64,000 nt of DNA from contig CAMTVD010000014.1 in NCBI GenBank assembly GCA_947085095.1, positions 96,001 to 160,000 on the forward strand, in the 5' to 3' direction. Of the stretch, positions 11,451 to 22,361 are shown piece after piece. Source of the DNA: an uncultured Thermus sp. (GTDB lineage Bacteria > Deinococcota > Deinococci > Deinococcales > Thermaceae). Made by a program: the position numbers and the translations under genes. The notes beneath the pieces were generated by a model. That model made no database searches. It had not been told where the DNA came from and saw nothing but the letters and a program-made list of their open reading frames with translations. Position 1 is the first letter of the stretch, and the number at the start of each line of letters is the position of its first letter.

Positions 11451-12659
11451 TTATCCCCCCTTCCTTTCCCTGGGCCATGTCCTGACCACCCCCTTTTCCA
11501 CAAGGGCTTGGACCTCCTCGGGGCCGAGGCCGGCCTCGAGGAGGACCTCCTCCGTGTGCTCCCCCAGGAGGGGTGGGGGGAGGCCGGGGGAAGCGGGGGT
11601 GCGGGAGAGGAAGCGCAAGGGGCTCGCCAGGGTGGGAAGGGCCCCCAGGAGGGGGTGGGCTAAGGTCCAGACCGCTCCCCGGGCCCCGGCCTGGGGGTCA
11701 GCAAAGGCCTCCTTCAGGTCGTTCACCGGGGCGGCGGGCACGCCCGCCTCCTTGAGCCTTTCCAGCCAGTAGGCCCGGGGGCGGGTCCTTAAAACCTGGG
11801 CCAGCGCCCTTTCCACCCCCTGCCGGTTCTCCACCCGCATCGGGTTTCTCGGAAAGCGCTCCTTGAGCCCGGGAAGCTCCAGGACCTGGCAGAGCCTGGC
11901 GAACTGCTCGTCGTTGCCCACCGCCAGGACGATCCAGCCGTCCGCCGCGGGAAAGGCCCCGTAGGGCACGATCTGGGCGTGGGCGTTGCCGAGCCTTTTT
12001 GGGGGGGCCCCGGTGAGGAGGTAGCTCTCCCCCAGGTTGGCCAGGGCGAAGAGGCCCACATCGTAGAGGGAGAGGTCTATGTGCTGGCCCTGGCCGCTCC
12101 TTTCCCGCTCCAAGAGGGCCGCAAGGACCGCCACCGCCCCCATCATCCCGGTCATGACGTCTATCCAGGCCACCCCCACCTTCATGGGGGGGCCCTCCGG
12201 CTCCCCGGTCACGGACATGATGCCCGTGTAGCCCTGGAGGGCGGCGTCGTACCCGGGCTCCTGGGCCCTGGGCCCCGTGTGGCCGAAGCCGGTGATGGAG
12301 AGGTAGACGAGCCTGGGGTTCTGGGCCTTCAGGCTCTCGTAGTCCAGGCGGTAGCGCCCAAGGTCCCCGGTCTTGAAGTTCTCCACCAGCACATCGGCCC
12401 CCGCCGCAAGCCGCCGCGCCACTTCCTGGCCCTCTTTAGTCTTCAAGTCCAGGGCCAGGCTCCGCTTCCCCCGGTTCACGGCGAGGAAGTAAGCGCTTTC
12501 CCCCTTGAGAAAGGGCGGGCCCCAGCCCCGGGTCTCGTCCCCCCAGGGGGGCTCTACCTTGACCACCTCGGCTCCCAGGTCCGCCAGGATCATGGTGCAA
12601 AGAGGCCCCGCCAGGACCCGGGAGAGGTCCAGGACCTTGATGCCGGAAAGGGGCTTCAT
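11451..12659 (-). CDS. CaiB/BaiF family III CoA-transferase
   Basis: KVLDLSRVLAGP...LADLGAEVVKVE, NRGKRS, GYDAALQ, PPLLGEHT. Confidence 0.93.
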   Translation of the reverse strand: MKPLSGIKVLDLSRVLAGPLCTMILADLGAEVVKVEPPWGDETRGWGPPFLKGESAYFLAVNRGKRSLALDLKTKEGQEVARRLAAGADVLVENFKTGDLGRYRLDYESLKAQNPRLVYLSITGFGHTGPRAQEPGYDAALQGYTGIMSVTGEPEGPPMKVGVAWIDVMTGMMGAVAVLAALLERERSGQGQHIDLSLYDVGLFALANLGESYLLTGAPPKRLGNAHAQIVPYGAFPAADGWIVLAVGNDEQFARLCQVLELPGLKERFPRNPMRVENRQGVERALAQVLRTRPRAYWLERLKEAGVPAAPVNDLKEAFADPQAGARGAVWTLAHPLLGALPTLASPLRFLSRTPASPGLPPPLLGEHTEEVLLEAGLGPEEVQALVEKGVVRTWPRERKGG

Positions 12660-12689
12660 GGGGGCATATTACGCCGGTATAGTGAAGGG

Positions 12690-13475
12690 GTGGGCCAGAT
12701 GCTGCGGCACCTTTTCGTTTTCGGCGTTCTCCTCTTCGTGGCCCTTCCCTTCCTCTGGATGGCCTACGCCGCCTTCATGCCCAAGGAGGTGGTGTACTCG
12801 GGGGAGCTCTTCTCCCGGGTGGGCTTCAGCCTGGAGAACGTGCGGGGCCTGGAGAAGGAGGGTTTTTGGGGCCGCCTCCTCTTCTCCCTGGCCCTCTCCT
12901 CGGGGGTGGTCCTCCTCCAGCTTTTCACCGCCCTCCTGGCCGCTTACGCCCTCCGGGCAGGGCTTGGGCTCCTTCCCTTCTACCTGGTCCTGATGGCGAT
13001 CCCGGCGGAGCTCCTCCTCGTTCCCCTCTACGGCATCCTCAAGGGTCTTGCCCTTTTGGACACGGTCTTGGCCCTCCTCCTTCCCTTCGCCGCCAGCCCC
13101 TTCGTCATCTACCTGGTCTACCAGGCCATGCGGGCCGTGCCCGAGGAGCTTCTGGAGGCGGCTCGGCTGGACGGGGCGGGGCACCGGGTCCTCCTTTTTA
13201 GGATCCTTTTCCCCCTGGTGCGGCCCACCCTGGTGGCCGCGGGGGTGCTGGCTTTCGCCGCCCACTGGAACCTGGTCCTCTACCCCCGGGTGGTGGTCAC
13301 CGACTCCCGGTTATGGACGGTGCAGACCTGGCTCACTGACCTGCAGCGCAAGTACCCCACGGACTGGGGCCTCCTCTCGGCGGCGGCCCTCCTCAGCGTT
13401 CTCCCCATCGCCCTCCTCTACCTGGCCTTTGAGCGGCGGGTGGTGGCCACCTTTGAGGAGGGGCTGAAAGGGTAG
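12690..13475 (+). CDS. Carbohydrate ABC transporter permease (MalG/UgpE-like), no partner genes adjacent
   Basis: EAA loop PEELLEAARLDGAG; TM segments; GTG 12690 after TATAGT (alternative ATG 12699). Confidence 0.88.
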   Translation: MGQMLRHLFVFGVLLFVALPFLWMAYAAFMPKEVVYSGELFSRVGFSLENVRGLEKEGFWGRLLFSLALSSGVVLLQLFTALLAAYALRAGLGLLPFYLVLMAIPAELLLVPLYGILKGLALLDTVLALLLPFAASPFVIYLVYQAMRAVPEELLEAARLDGAGHRVLLFRILFPLVRPTLVAAGVLAFAAHWNLVLYPRVVVTDSRLWTVQTWLTDLQRKYPTDWGLLSAAALLSVLPIALLYLAFERRVVATFEEGLKG

Positions 13476-13520
13476 CTTGACGGGCCCTTGGGCCCTGGCC
13501 TACCCTGGCCCCATAAGGGG

Positions 13521-14078
13521 GTGAAAGCCGTGCGCGCTTTGGTGTGGGGGCTTGTCTTGCTCCTAACCGCCTGCGTTCCCGTGGCCATGCTTCGCCCTCC
13601 GGAGCCCGCGAGGGGGCTGGAGGTGAGCGTGGGGGGGAGCGTGCTCAACAACCCCTTCGGGGAGCAGAACCCGGTGATTGCCCTTCCCTACCTGGCCGTG
13701 GCCGTTGGCGAGGGGGCGCTGGAGTACAACTTCTCCGTCCAGTGGGGCCTCCGGGGTGGGGTCAAGCTGGGCCTGGGCCCCGGATTGGCCCTGGATGCGG
13801 GCCTTACCGTGCCTCCTGGTTTTTGGGATGTCGAGGGCTGGCCCACAGGTATGCCTGTGGTCCTGGACGGCGGGGTCATCCTGGGCAGGGACGGGTTCTA
13901 TTTCTCTCCCAGGCTCCACCTCATCGGCGTTCCCGGTTCCGGTGGGGGGCTCGGCTACCAGCTTTCCCTCGGGGCTTACCGCCGGGACTGGGTGGCGGAG
14001 GTGGGGGCCATGGGAGGGTTTGGCGGGGGCTTCCTCCTTAGCCTTTCCGCCGCCTGGCGCTTTGGAACCGCTCCCTGA
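13521..14078 (+). CDS. Hypothetical lipoprotein with small beta-barrel-like body (start approximate)
   Basis: Lipobox LTAC; Gly-rich amphipathic strands; ends AAWRF-GTAP. Confidence 0.6.
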   Translation: MKAVRALVWGLVLLLTACVPVAMLRPPEPARGLEVSVGGSVLNNPFGEQNPVIALPYLAVAVGEGALEYNFSVQWGLRGGVKLGLGPGLALDAGLTVPPGFWDVEGWPTGMPVVLDGGVILGRDGFYFSPRLHLIGVPGSGGGLGYQLSLGAYRRDWVAEVGAMGGFGGGFLLSLSAAWRFGTAP

Positions 14079-15294
14079 GGGCCTTTAGCCTCTCCCGAAC
14101 CCTCTCCTCAAAGCCCTCCCCGGTGGCCTCAAAGAGGAGGAGGCCCTCTAGCTCCTCCGGCAGGTACCTCTGGGCAAAGCTCCCCTCCTTGTCCCCGTGG
14201 TAGTAGGCGTACCCCTTCCCGTGCCCCAGGGCTTTGGCCAGGCCGGTGGGGGCGTTCCTCAGGTTGAGGGGCACGGGGGCCTCGGGGTGGGCCCTGGCGG
14301 CCTCCTCCGCCCGCTGCCAGGCCTGGTAGAGGCTGTTGGACTTGGGGGCCAGGGCCAAATAGACCGCCGCCTCCACCAGGGCCAGCTCCCCTTCCGGGCT
14401 CCCCAGGGCCTCGTAGGCCTCCTTGGCGGCCACGGAAAGCCTAAGGGCCAGGGGGTCCGCCAGGCCCACGTCCTCCAGGGCCACCCGGATGAGCCTCCGG
14501 GCCAGGTACCGGGGGTCGGCCCCGCCCTTTAAAAGCCTCGCCAGGTAGTAGAGGGCGGCGTCCACGTGGTTTCCCCGGAGGCTTTTGTGCAGGGCGGAGA
14601 CCAGGTCGTAAAACCGGTCCCCCTCCCGGTCCATGCCGAGCCTTTCCGCCCCCAGGGCCTCCCGCACGCTCCCAAGGTCCACCCGGCCAAAGGCGGCGGC
14701 GAGCTCCAGGGTGTTCAGGGCGAAGCGGGCGTCCCCTTCCGCCGCCTGGGCCAGCAGGCGGAGGGCCTCCTCCTCGTAGGCCACCCCGGGGAGTCCCCTG
14801 GGGTCGTAAAGGGCCCGCCGGAGGAGGGCCAGGACGTCCTCCTCCGAGAGGGGTTTCAGGGGGAGGAGGCGCAACCTGGAGCGGAGGGCGGGGGTGAGGA
14901 GGAAGGCGGGGTTTTCCGCGGTGGCCCCAATCAGGGTGAGGAGGCCCGACTCCAGGTGGGGGAGAAGGGCGTCCTGCTGGGCCTTGTTGAAGCGGTGGAT
15001 CTCGTCCAGGAAGAGGACGAGGCCCCCTTCCTGCCTGGCCCTTTCCACCGCCTGGCGCACCTCCTTGAGCCCCCCCTCCACGGCGGAGAGCTTCAGGAAG
15101 GGCCTTCCCGTCCCCTCGGCCAGGAGGCGGGCCAGGGTGGTCTTCCCCGTGCCGGGGGGGCCGAAGAGGACCATGGAGGAAAGTTTCCTCGCCTCCAGCA
15201 TCCGCCTGAGAAGCCCCTTCTCCCCCGTGAGGTGGGGCTGGCCTAGGACCTCCTCGAGGGTTCTAGGCCTAAGGCGCTCCGCCAGGGACTCCAT
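14038..15294 (-). CDS. rarA: Replication-associated recombination protein A (AAA+ ATPase)
   Basis: [45 protein letters not shown]. Confidence 0.95.
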   Translation of the reverse strand: MESLAERLRPRTLEEVLGQPHLTGEKGLLRRMLEARKLSSMVLFGPPGTGKTTLARLLAEGTGRPFLKLSAVEGGLKEVRQAVERARQEGGLVLFLDEIHRFNKAQQDALLPHLESGLLTLIGATAENPAFLLTPALRSRLRLLPLKPLSEEDVLALLRRALYDPRGLPGVAYEEEALRLLAQAAEGDARFALNTLELAAAFGRVDLGSVREALGAERLGMDREGDRFYDLVSALHKSLRGNHVDAALYYLARLLKGGADPRYLARRLIRVALEDVGLADPLALRLSVAAKEAYEALGSPEGELALVEAAVYLALAPKSNSLYQAWQRAEEAARAHPEAPVPLNLRNAPTGLAKALGHGKGYAYYHGDKEGSFAQRYLPEELEGLLLFEATGEGFEERVRERLKALRERFQSARRRKG

Positions 15295-15332
15295 CCTCCC
15301 CATCCTAAGGGGGTGTGGTAGGCTTTGGGGGA

Positions 15333-16016
15333 ATGCGGGGGCTTTTCCTTCTTCCCTGGGGCCTCTTCCTAATGGGCCTCCTTCCCTTGGGGGTAGGGGA
15401 GCCTTCGGGGGAGGTGGACCGGGGGCTTGGGCTCCTCCTCGCCGCCTTTCTCCTGGCGGGGGTGGGAAGCCTTTACTCCCGTTTTCCCGTGGCCTTTTCT
15501 GTGCAGCTTTTCCTGGTTCTGGGTCTGGGGCTTCTGGCCTTCCAACTGGCTTTAGAGAGCGCCCTCTCGCTCACGGGGCTGGAGGTCCCCCCCTACGCCG
15601 CCTTGGGCGGGGTCCTGGGGGCCTTGGCCCTGGGAGGGGCCTTCTTCCTGGGGACGGGGCAGGAGGCCCCCCTGCTTCCCCCCCTGCCCCGGCTGGGGAG
15701 CCGGGAGGACCTGCAAAGGATGGCGGGGGCCCTCGAGGGCCTGGCCCTGCGGCGACCCCTGGTCCTGGTCTACCTGGGCACCCCGGTCTCCCCGGAAACC
15801 CTGCTTGGGGAGCTCAGGCGGGGGGATCTGGCCTTCCAGGTGGGGGGGGGCTACCTCCTGGTCCTGCAGCTGGGCCGCCCCGAGGACGCCCTGGGCCTTC
15901 TGAGGCGCCTCAAGGAGCGCTTTCCCCTCTCCGCCTACGCGGTGGAGCGCTGGCAGGGGGGAAGCCTGGAGCGGGTGCTTGCCCGCCTCGAGGCCGAGGC
16001 CCTCCTGCAGAGCTAA
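15333..16016 (+). CDS. Membrane protein with degenerate GGDEF-like C-terminal domain
   Basis: About four TM helices, then LVLVYL...[19 protein letters not shown] (GGDEF-fold remnant lacking the acidic motif). Confidence 0.55.
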   Translation: MRGLFLLPWGLFLMGLLPLGVGEPSGEVDRGLGLLLAAFLLAGVGSLYSRFPVAFSVQLFLVLGLGLLAFQLALESALSLTGLEVPPYAALGGVLGALALGGAFFLGTGQEAPLLPPLPRLGSREDLQRMAGALEGLALRRPLVLVYLGTPVSPETLLGELRRGDLAFQVGGGYLLVLQLGRPEDALGLLRRLKERFPLSAYAVERWQGGSLERVLARLEAEALLQS

Positions 16017-16151
16017 CCGCCGGGGAGAAGCCCTGCTGGGGTTGGTGTAAAGCTTCCCGGGCTACACCCCTTGAAGGTGTAGGAGAGCGGGGCCTACCTC
16101 CCCCCAAGGGTTACTCCAAGGCTCTACCCTTAGGTCCAAGGAGGGTAAACC

Positions 16152-16226
16152 ATGGAGAAGGGCAAGGAGATCAGCCAGGCGTGGCAGGAGGCCTTGGAAA
16201 CCTACGGGGAGCGGGAAGAGGAGTAA
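16152..16226 (+). CDS. Putative 24-aa small protein MEKGKEISQAWQEALETYGEREEE
   Basis: AAGGAGGG SD, ATG, GC3-rich codons, TACCCT -10 at 16125-16130, hairpin downstream. Confidence 0.5.
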   Translation: MEKGKEISQAWQEALETYGEREEE

Positions 16227-16289
16227 TCCTTTCCCGGAAGGCCCTAAACGCCTTCACGGGACAAGCGGGGGGCCTTGGCCCCCCGGCCC

Positions 16290-18053
16290 CTATTTGCCCA
16301 CCAGCCGCTTCCTTTCCGAGGGGTTCAGGACCCTTTTCCTCAGGCGCAGGCTCTTGGGGGTCACCTCCAGGAGCTCGTCCTCGGCCAGAAACTCCAGGGC
16401 CTCCTCCAGGGAGAGCCTCCTTGGGGGGATGAGGCGGATGTTCTCGTCGGAGCCCGCCGCCCGCACGTTGGTGAGCTTCTTGCCGATGGTGACGTTCACG
16501 TCCAGGTCGTTCTCCCGCACGTGCTCCCCCACGATCATGCCCACGTAGACCTCGGTCCCGGGCTCAATGAAGAACTGGACCCTTTCCTGCAGCCGGTTCA
16601 GGCTGTAGGCGGTGGCCACCCCCGCCTCCATGGCCACGGCGCTCCCCGTGGTGCGGGTGGGGATGGCCCCGGCCTGGGGGCCGTAGCCGTGGAAGGTGTG
16701 GCTCATGGTCCCCTCCCCGCCGGTGAGGGAGAGGAAGAGGCTGCGGAAGCCGAAGAGGGCCCGGGCCGGCACCACGAACTCCGCCCGCACCCTGTGGCCC
16801 ACCTCCATGTGCACCATCTCCGCCCGCCTGGAACCCAGGGCCTCCATGACGCTGCCGAAGCGGTCCTGGGGGGTTTCCACCACCAGGAGCTCGTAGGGCT
16901 CCAGGCCGTCCTTGAAGAGGACCCGGGGCTGGCCCACGCTGAACTCGTACCCCTCCCGGCGCATGGTCTCCAGGAGGATGGCCAGGTGGAGCTCCCCCCG
17001 GCCCCTCAGCTCAAAGACCTCGGGGGCCACCTCCTCCACCTCCAGGGCCACGTTGGTGCGGAGCTCCTTCTCCAGGCGCTCCTTGAGCTTCTGCCCCGTC
17101 ACGTACCGGCCCTCCCGGCCGGCGAAGGGGGAGGTGTTGGCGGTGAGGGTGAGGGCCACGGTGGGCTCGTCCACCCGCAGCCGGGGCAGGGCCTCGGGGG
17201 CCTCCTTGGCGGCGATGGTGTCCCCGATCTCCGCCCCCTCCAGGCCCGCCAGGGCCAGGATGTCCCCGGGAAGGCTTTCCTCCACCTCCACCCGCTCCAG
17301 GCCCTGGTGGGTGTAGAGGGCGGCCACCCTGGCCTCGAGGGCCCCCGTCTCCTTGAGGATGACCACCCCTTCCCCCTTGCGCACCCGCCCCCGGGAGACC
17401 TTGCCGATGGCCACCCGGCCCAGGTAGGGAGAGTGGTCCAGGTTGGCCACCAGGAGCTGGAAGGGGCCCTCCTCCACCCTGGGCGGGGGCACGTGTTCCA
17501 GGATGGTCTGGAAGAGGTCGGAGAGGTCCTCCTTGGGCTCCTCCCGCCAGGCCCGGCCCTCCCGGCCGATGGCGTAGAGGTAGGGGAAGTCCAGCTGCGC
17601 CTCCGTGGCCCCTAGCTCCACCATCAGGTCAAAGACCAGGTTCAGCACCTCGTCGGGGCGGGCTTCCTTCTTGTCCACCTTGTTGAGGACCACGATGGGC
17701 TTGAGGCCGGCCTCGAGGGCCTTCCTGAGGACGAACCGGGTCTGGGGCATGGGGCCCTCGGCGGCGTCCACCAGGAGGAGGACCCCGTCCACCAGGGAGA
17801 GGGCCCGCTCCACCTCTCCCCCGAAGTCCGCGTGGCCGGGGGTGTCCACGATGTTGACCTTGACCCCCCGCCAGATGACGGCGGTGTTCTTGGCCAGGAT
17901 GGTGATGCCCCGTTCCCTTTCCAGGTCGTGGGAGTCCAGGATCCGCTCCCCCTCGTCCTTGAGGAGGGCCTTGGCCTGCCGCAGCATGGCGTCCACCAGC
18001 GTGGTCTTGCCGTGGTCCACGTGGGCGATGATGGCGATGTTTCTAATCTCCAT
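16290..18053 (-). CDS. typA: Translational GTPase TypA/BipA
   Basis: [49 protein letters not shown]. Confidence 0.97.
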   Translation of the reverse strand: MEIRNIAIIAHVDHGKTTLVDAMLRQAKALLKDEGERILDSHDLERERGITILAKNTAVIWRGVKVNIVDTPGHADFGGEVERALSLVDGVLLLVDAAEGPMPQTRFVLRKALEAGLKPIVVLNKVDKKEARPDEVLNLVFDLMVELGATEAQLDFPYLYAIGREGRAWREEPKEDLSDLFQTILEHVPPPRVEEGPFQLLVANLDHSPYLGRVAIGKVSRGRVRKGEGVVILKETGALEARVAALYTHQGLERVEVEESLPGDILALAGLEGAEIGDTIAAKEAPEALPRLRVDEPTVALTLTANTSPFAGREGRYVTGQKLKERLEKELRTNVALEVEEVAPEVFELRGRGELHLAILLETMRREGYEFSVGQPRVLFKDGLEPYELLVVETPQDRFGSVMEALGSRRAEMVHMEVGHRVRAEFVVPARALFGFRSLFLSLTGGEGTMSHTFHGYGPQAGAIPTRTTGSAVAMEAGVATAYSLNRLQERVQFFIEPGTEVYVGMIVGEHVRENDLDVNVTIGKKLTNVRAAGSDENIRLIPPRRLSLEEALEFLAEDELLEVTPKSLRLRKRVLNPSERKRLVGK

Positions 18054-18105
18054 GGGCGCACCCAATCCCCCCACTCTACCACGGAAAGGCCCTTAGGATA
18101 AGGGC

Positions 18106-20006
<1,901 letters not shown>

Positions 20007-20010
<4 letters not shown>

Positions 20011-20657
20011 GCCCCGGGCCACATTGGGGAAGGACCAAAGAGGACAGTATGGAGCGCAAGATGGTGGAGATAGAAGAAACCGGGCTGACCTTTGAAACCG
20101 AGCTGGACCTGGTCCGCCTCGAGGCCCTGGCCGCCGAGTGGCTCCAGGTGATTGGGGAGGACCCCAAGCGGGAGGGCCTCCTCAAGACCCCAGAAAGGGT
20201 GGCCAAGGCCTGGGCCTTCCTCACCCGCGGGTACCGGCAGAGCCTGGAAGAGATCGTCAACGGGGCCATCTTCCAGGCCGAGGGGAGCGAGATGGTGGTG
20301 GTCAAGGGCATAGAGTTCTACTCCCTGTGCGAGCACCACCTCCTCCCCTTCTTCGGCCAGGTACATATTGGCTACATCCCCAACGAAAAGATTCTGGGGC
20401 TTTCCAAGTTCGCCCGCATCGTGGACCTGTTCGCCCGCCGCCTCCAGGTGCAGGAAAGGCTTGCGGTGCAGATCGCTGGGGCCATCGGGGAGGTCCTGGA
20501 GCCCCGGGGGATAGGGGTGGTGGTGGAGGGGATTCACCTCTGCATGATGATGCGAGGGGTGGAAAAGCAGCACTCCCGCACCATCACCAGCGCCATGCTG
20601 GGGGTCTTCCGGGAGGACGCCAAGACCCGGGAGGAGTTTTTAAGCCACTTGAAGTGA
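20007..20657 (+). CDS. folE: GTP cyclohydrolase I (alternative start ATG 20049)
   Basis: [46 protein letters not shown]. Confidence 0.97.
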
Positions 20658-20658
20658 G

Positions 20659-20684
20659 AAAAGGCCCCGCCCGGAGGCGGGGCT
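20659..20684. terminator. Terminator between folE and the convergent surface-protein operon
   Basis: GCCCCGCC-CGGA-GGCGGGGC with a U-tract on the minus strand. Confidence 0.75.
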
Positions 20685-20688
20685 GGGC

Positions 20689-21114
20689 TTATTCCGGGGC
20701 GGGAGGTGGGGCTGGGATTTCGCACCCGGGGATGGCCATCTGGGGGGCTAGCCCCAGGACCAACACCGGGATCTCCGCCTCCCCCACGCCCTCCACGCGC
20801 AACCGCAGGATACCGCTTTGCGCCCCTGGGGGCACCCGGAACATGAGGGTGGCGGGGTCTTGGGCCTGGGTGATCTCGGGATCCTCGGCGGGAAGGTCCG
20901 GGGGGAAGAGGGCGTAGCTAAGGCCCTGGTCCCAGTCCTCCTGGGTGCCGAAATCGTTCCCCTTGAGGGCCATCCAGTCCCCCGCCCGCACCGGGCAGCC
21001 CGCCACCACATCGGGTTGCACCGCCTGGATGCGCAGGGCGCCCGTGGTCTTGATGCCTTGGGGGGCGGAGCAAGCGGCGAGGGCCAGTAGGCCCAGGAAA
21101 AGGATTCTTCTCAT
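20689..21114 (-). CDS. Lipoprotein with IPT/TIG-like Ig domain
   Basis: Lipobox LAAC; GDWMALKGNDFG...LMFRVPPGAQSG IPT-like pattern. Confidence 0.7.
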   Translation of the reverse strand: MRRILFLGLLALAACSAPQGIKTTGALRIQAVQPDVVAGCPVRAGDWMALKGNDFGTQEDWDQGLSYALFPPDLPAEDPEITQAQDPATLMFRVPPGAQSGILRLRVEGVGEAEIPVLVLGLAPQMAIPGCEIPAPPPAPE

Positions 21115-21168
21115 CTCATCCTCCTAGGGAACCCCCAGGCGGGGTGGGGCCGCCTGGGGTTTGGTTCC

Positions 21169-22338
21169 CTACTCCGAGCAGTGGCCAGGGCCAATCAGGC
21201 CGTTGTTGTACTGGTCCAGGGTGGCGGCGTGAGCCTTGGCCTGTTCGGAAACCGCCCTGCTTAAGGACGAGGAGGGGGTGTAGGTCTTGAAGAAGGTGTC
21301 GGCCCAAGCCATGGCCGCGTCCACCTGCGGCGTGGTGGCGGCCCCATTCAGCTTGTTGAGGAGGGCGGCGATGTACTGGTGGGCCAGGATGTAGTAGGCG
21401 TTGCCGCCCGAAGGGGGCGTCCAGATGACCTGGTAGTAGCTCTGGCCCGAGAGGTAGAAGAGGGTGTCCTCGCCAATCAGGGCCCAGGTGTCGTCGTAAG
21501 GGGCGGGGCCGTACTTGGAGTGGGTCTTCCAGTAGCCTGGGGTCAGGGTGCAGCCGCCCTGGCAGGGCACGGACACCCTCACCGTGGCCGAGGCGCTTCC
21601 CTTGGTGCCGGTGGTGCTGGTGGTGAAGGTGGCGGTGTTCTTCACCTCGTGCTCCCCGCAGGTGTCAAAGCGCACCCAGCGCTCAAAGAAATAGGTCTGG
21701 GAGATGACCCCCTGCGGGTTGATGGTGCTGATGGCCCCTGTGGGGGTGGCCGAGGGGTCGTCCACGGTCACGCCGCCGTCCACCACCGTGGTGGGGTGGG
21801 TGAAGCTGAAGTCCTTCTGGGCGGTGGCGGTGTTGGGGAAGGTGGCGCCGTCGGTGCCCCAGCGCACGCTGGCCGTGTTGGTGCGGGGCTGTCCGTTGGG
21901 CAGGGCCTGGCTGTAGGTGCAGACCAGGCTGGCCCCTTCGGCAAGCGTGTGGGGGAAGCTCACCCCGCAGTCCAGGCTCACGCTCTCCCCGGTGGAAAGG
22001 GTGTCCGTGGGGGCCTGGAGGACCACGGCCCCTACCCCGGTGTTCTTGATGGTGACCGTGCCCTCCACCTTGAAGTCCGTGTCCTGGGGGGTGCCCACCA
22101 GGTCCACGGCGTACTTCACCAGGTAGGACTGCCCCGGCGTGAGGAGGAGCTGGCCGCTTGCGGGGTCGGTAACCCGCTTTTGGATGGTCCAGGTGTAGGT
22201 GCGCTTGAAGCTGGGGTTGGCGGTTTTTTCCACCGTGACCGCAGGGCCTACCGCCAACTGGGGCTTCAGGCCTTGGGGGGCTTGGGAGCAGGCTCCCAAA
22301 AGCCCCACCGCCAGTAGAACGCTGTACCAATGCCGCAT
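21169..22338 (-). CDS. Thr-rich lipoprotein with Ig-like domains (candidate adhesin or accessory subunit)
   Basis: Lipobox LGAC; VTIKNTG...CTYS...NTASV Ig-like strands; GCTLTPGYWKTH C-terminal domain. Confidence 0.7.
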   Translation of the reverse strand: MRHWYSVLLAVGLLGACSQAPQGLKPQLAVGPAVTVEKTANPSFKRTYTWTIQKRVTDPASGQLLLTPGQSYLVKYAVDLVGTPQDTDFKVEGTVTIKNTGVGAVVLQAPTDTLSTGESVSLDCGVSFPHTLAEGASLVCTYSQALPNGQPRTNTASVRWGTDGATFPNTATAQKDFSFTHPTTVVDGGVTVDDPSATPTGAISTINPQGVISQTYFFERWVRFDTCGEHEVKNTATFTTSTTGTKGSASATVRVSVPCQGGCTLTPGYWKTHSKYGPAPYDDTWALIGEDTLFYLSGQSYYQVIWTPPSGGNAYYILAHQYIAALLNKLNGAATTPQVDAAMAWADTFFKTYTPSSSLSRAVSEQAKAHAATLDQYNNGLIGPGHCSE

Positions 22339-22361
22339 AGCTAATCCCTTCCTTTCCCAAA

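Noticed and set aside
11373..11502. Chromosomal oriC
   Set aside because: Only two perfect boxes, no AT-rich unwinding element and no dnaA/dnaN context. Kept only as a possible regulatory cluster.
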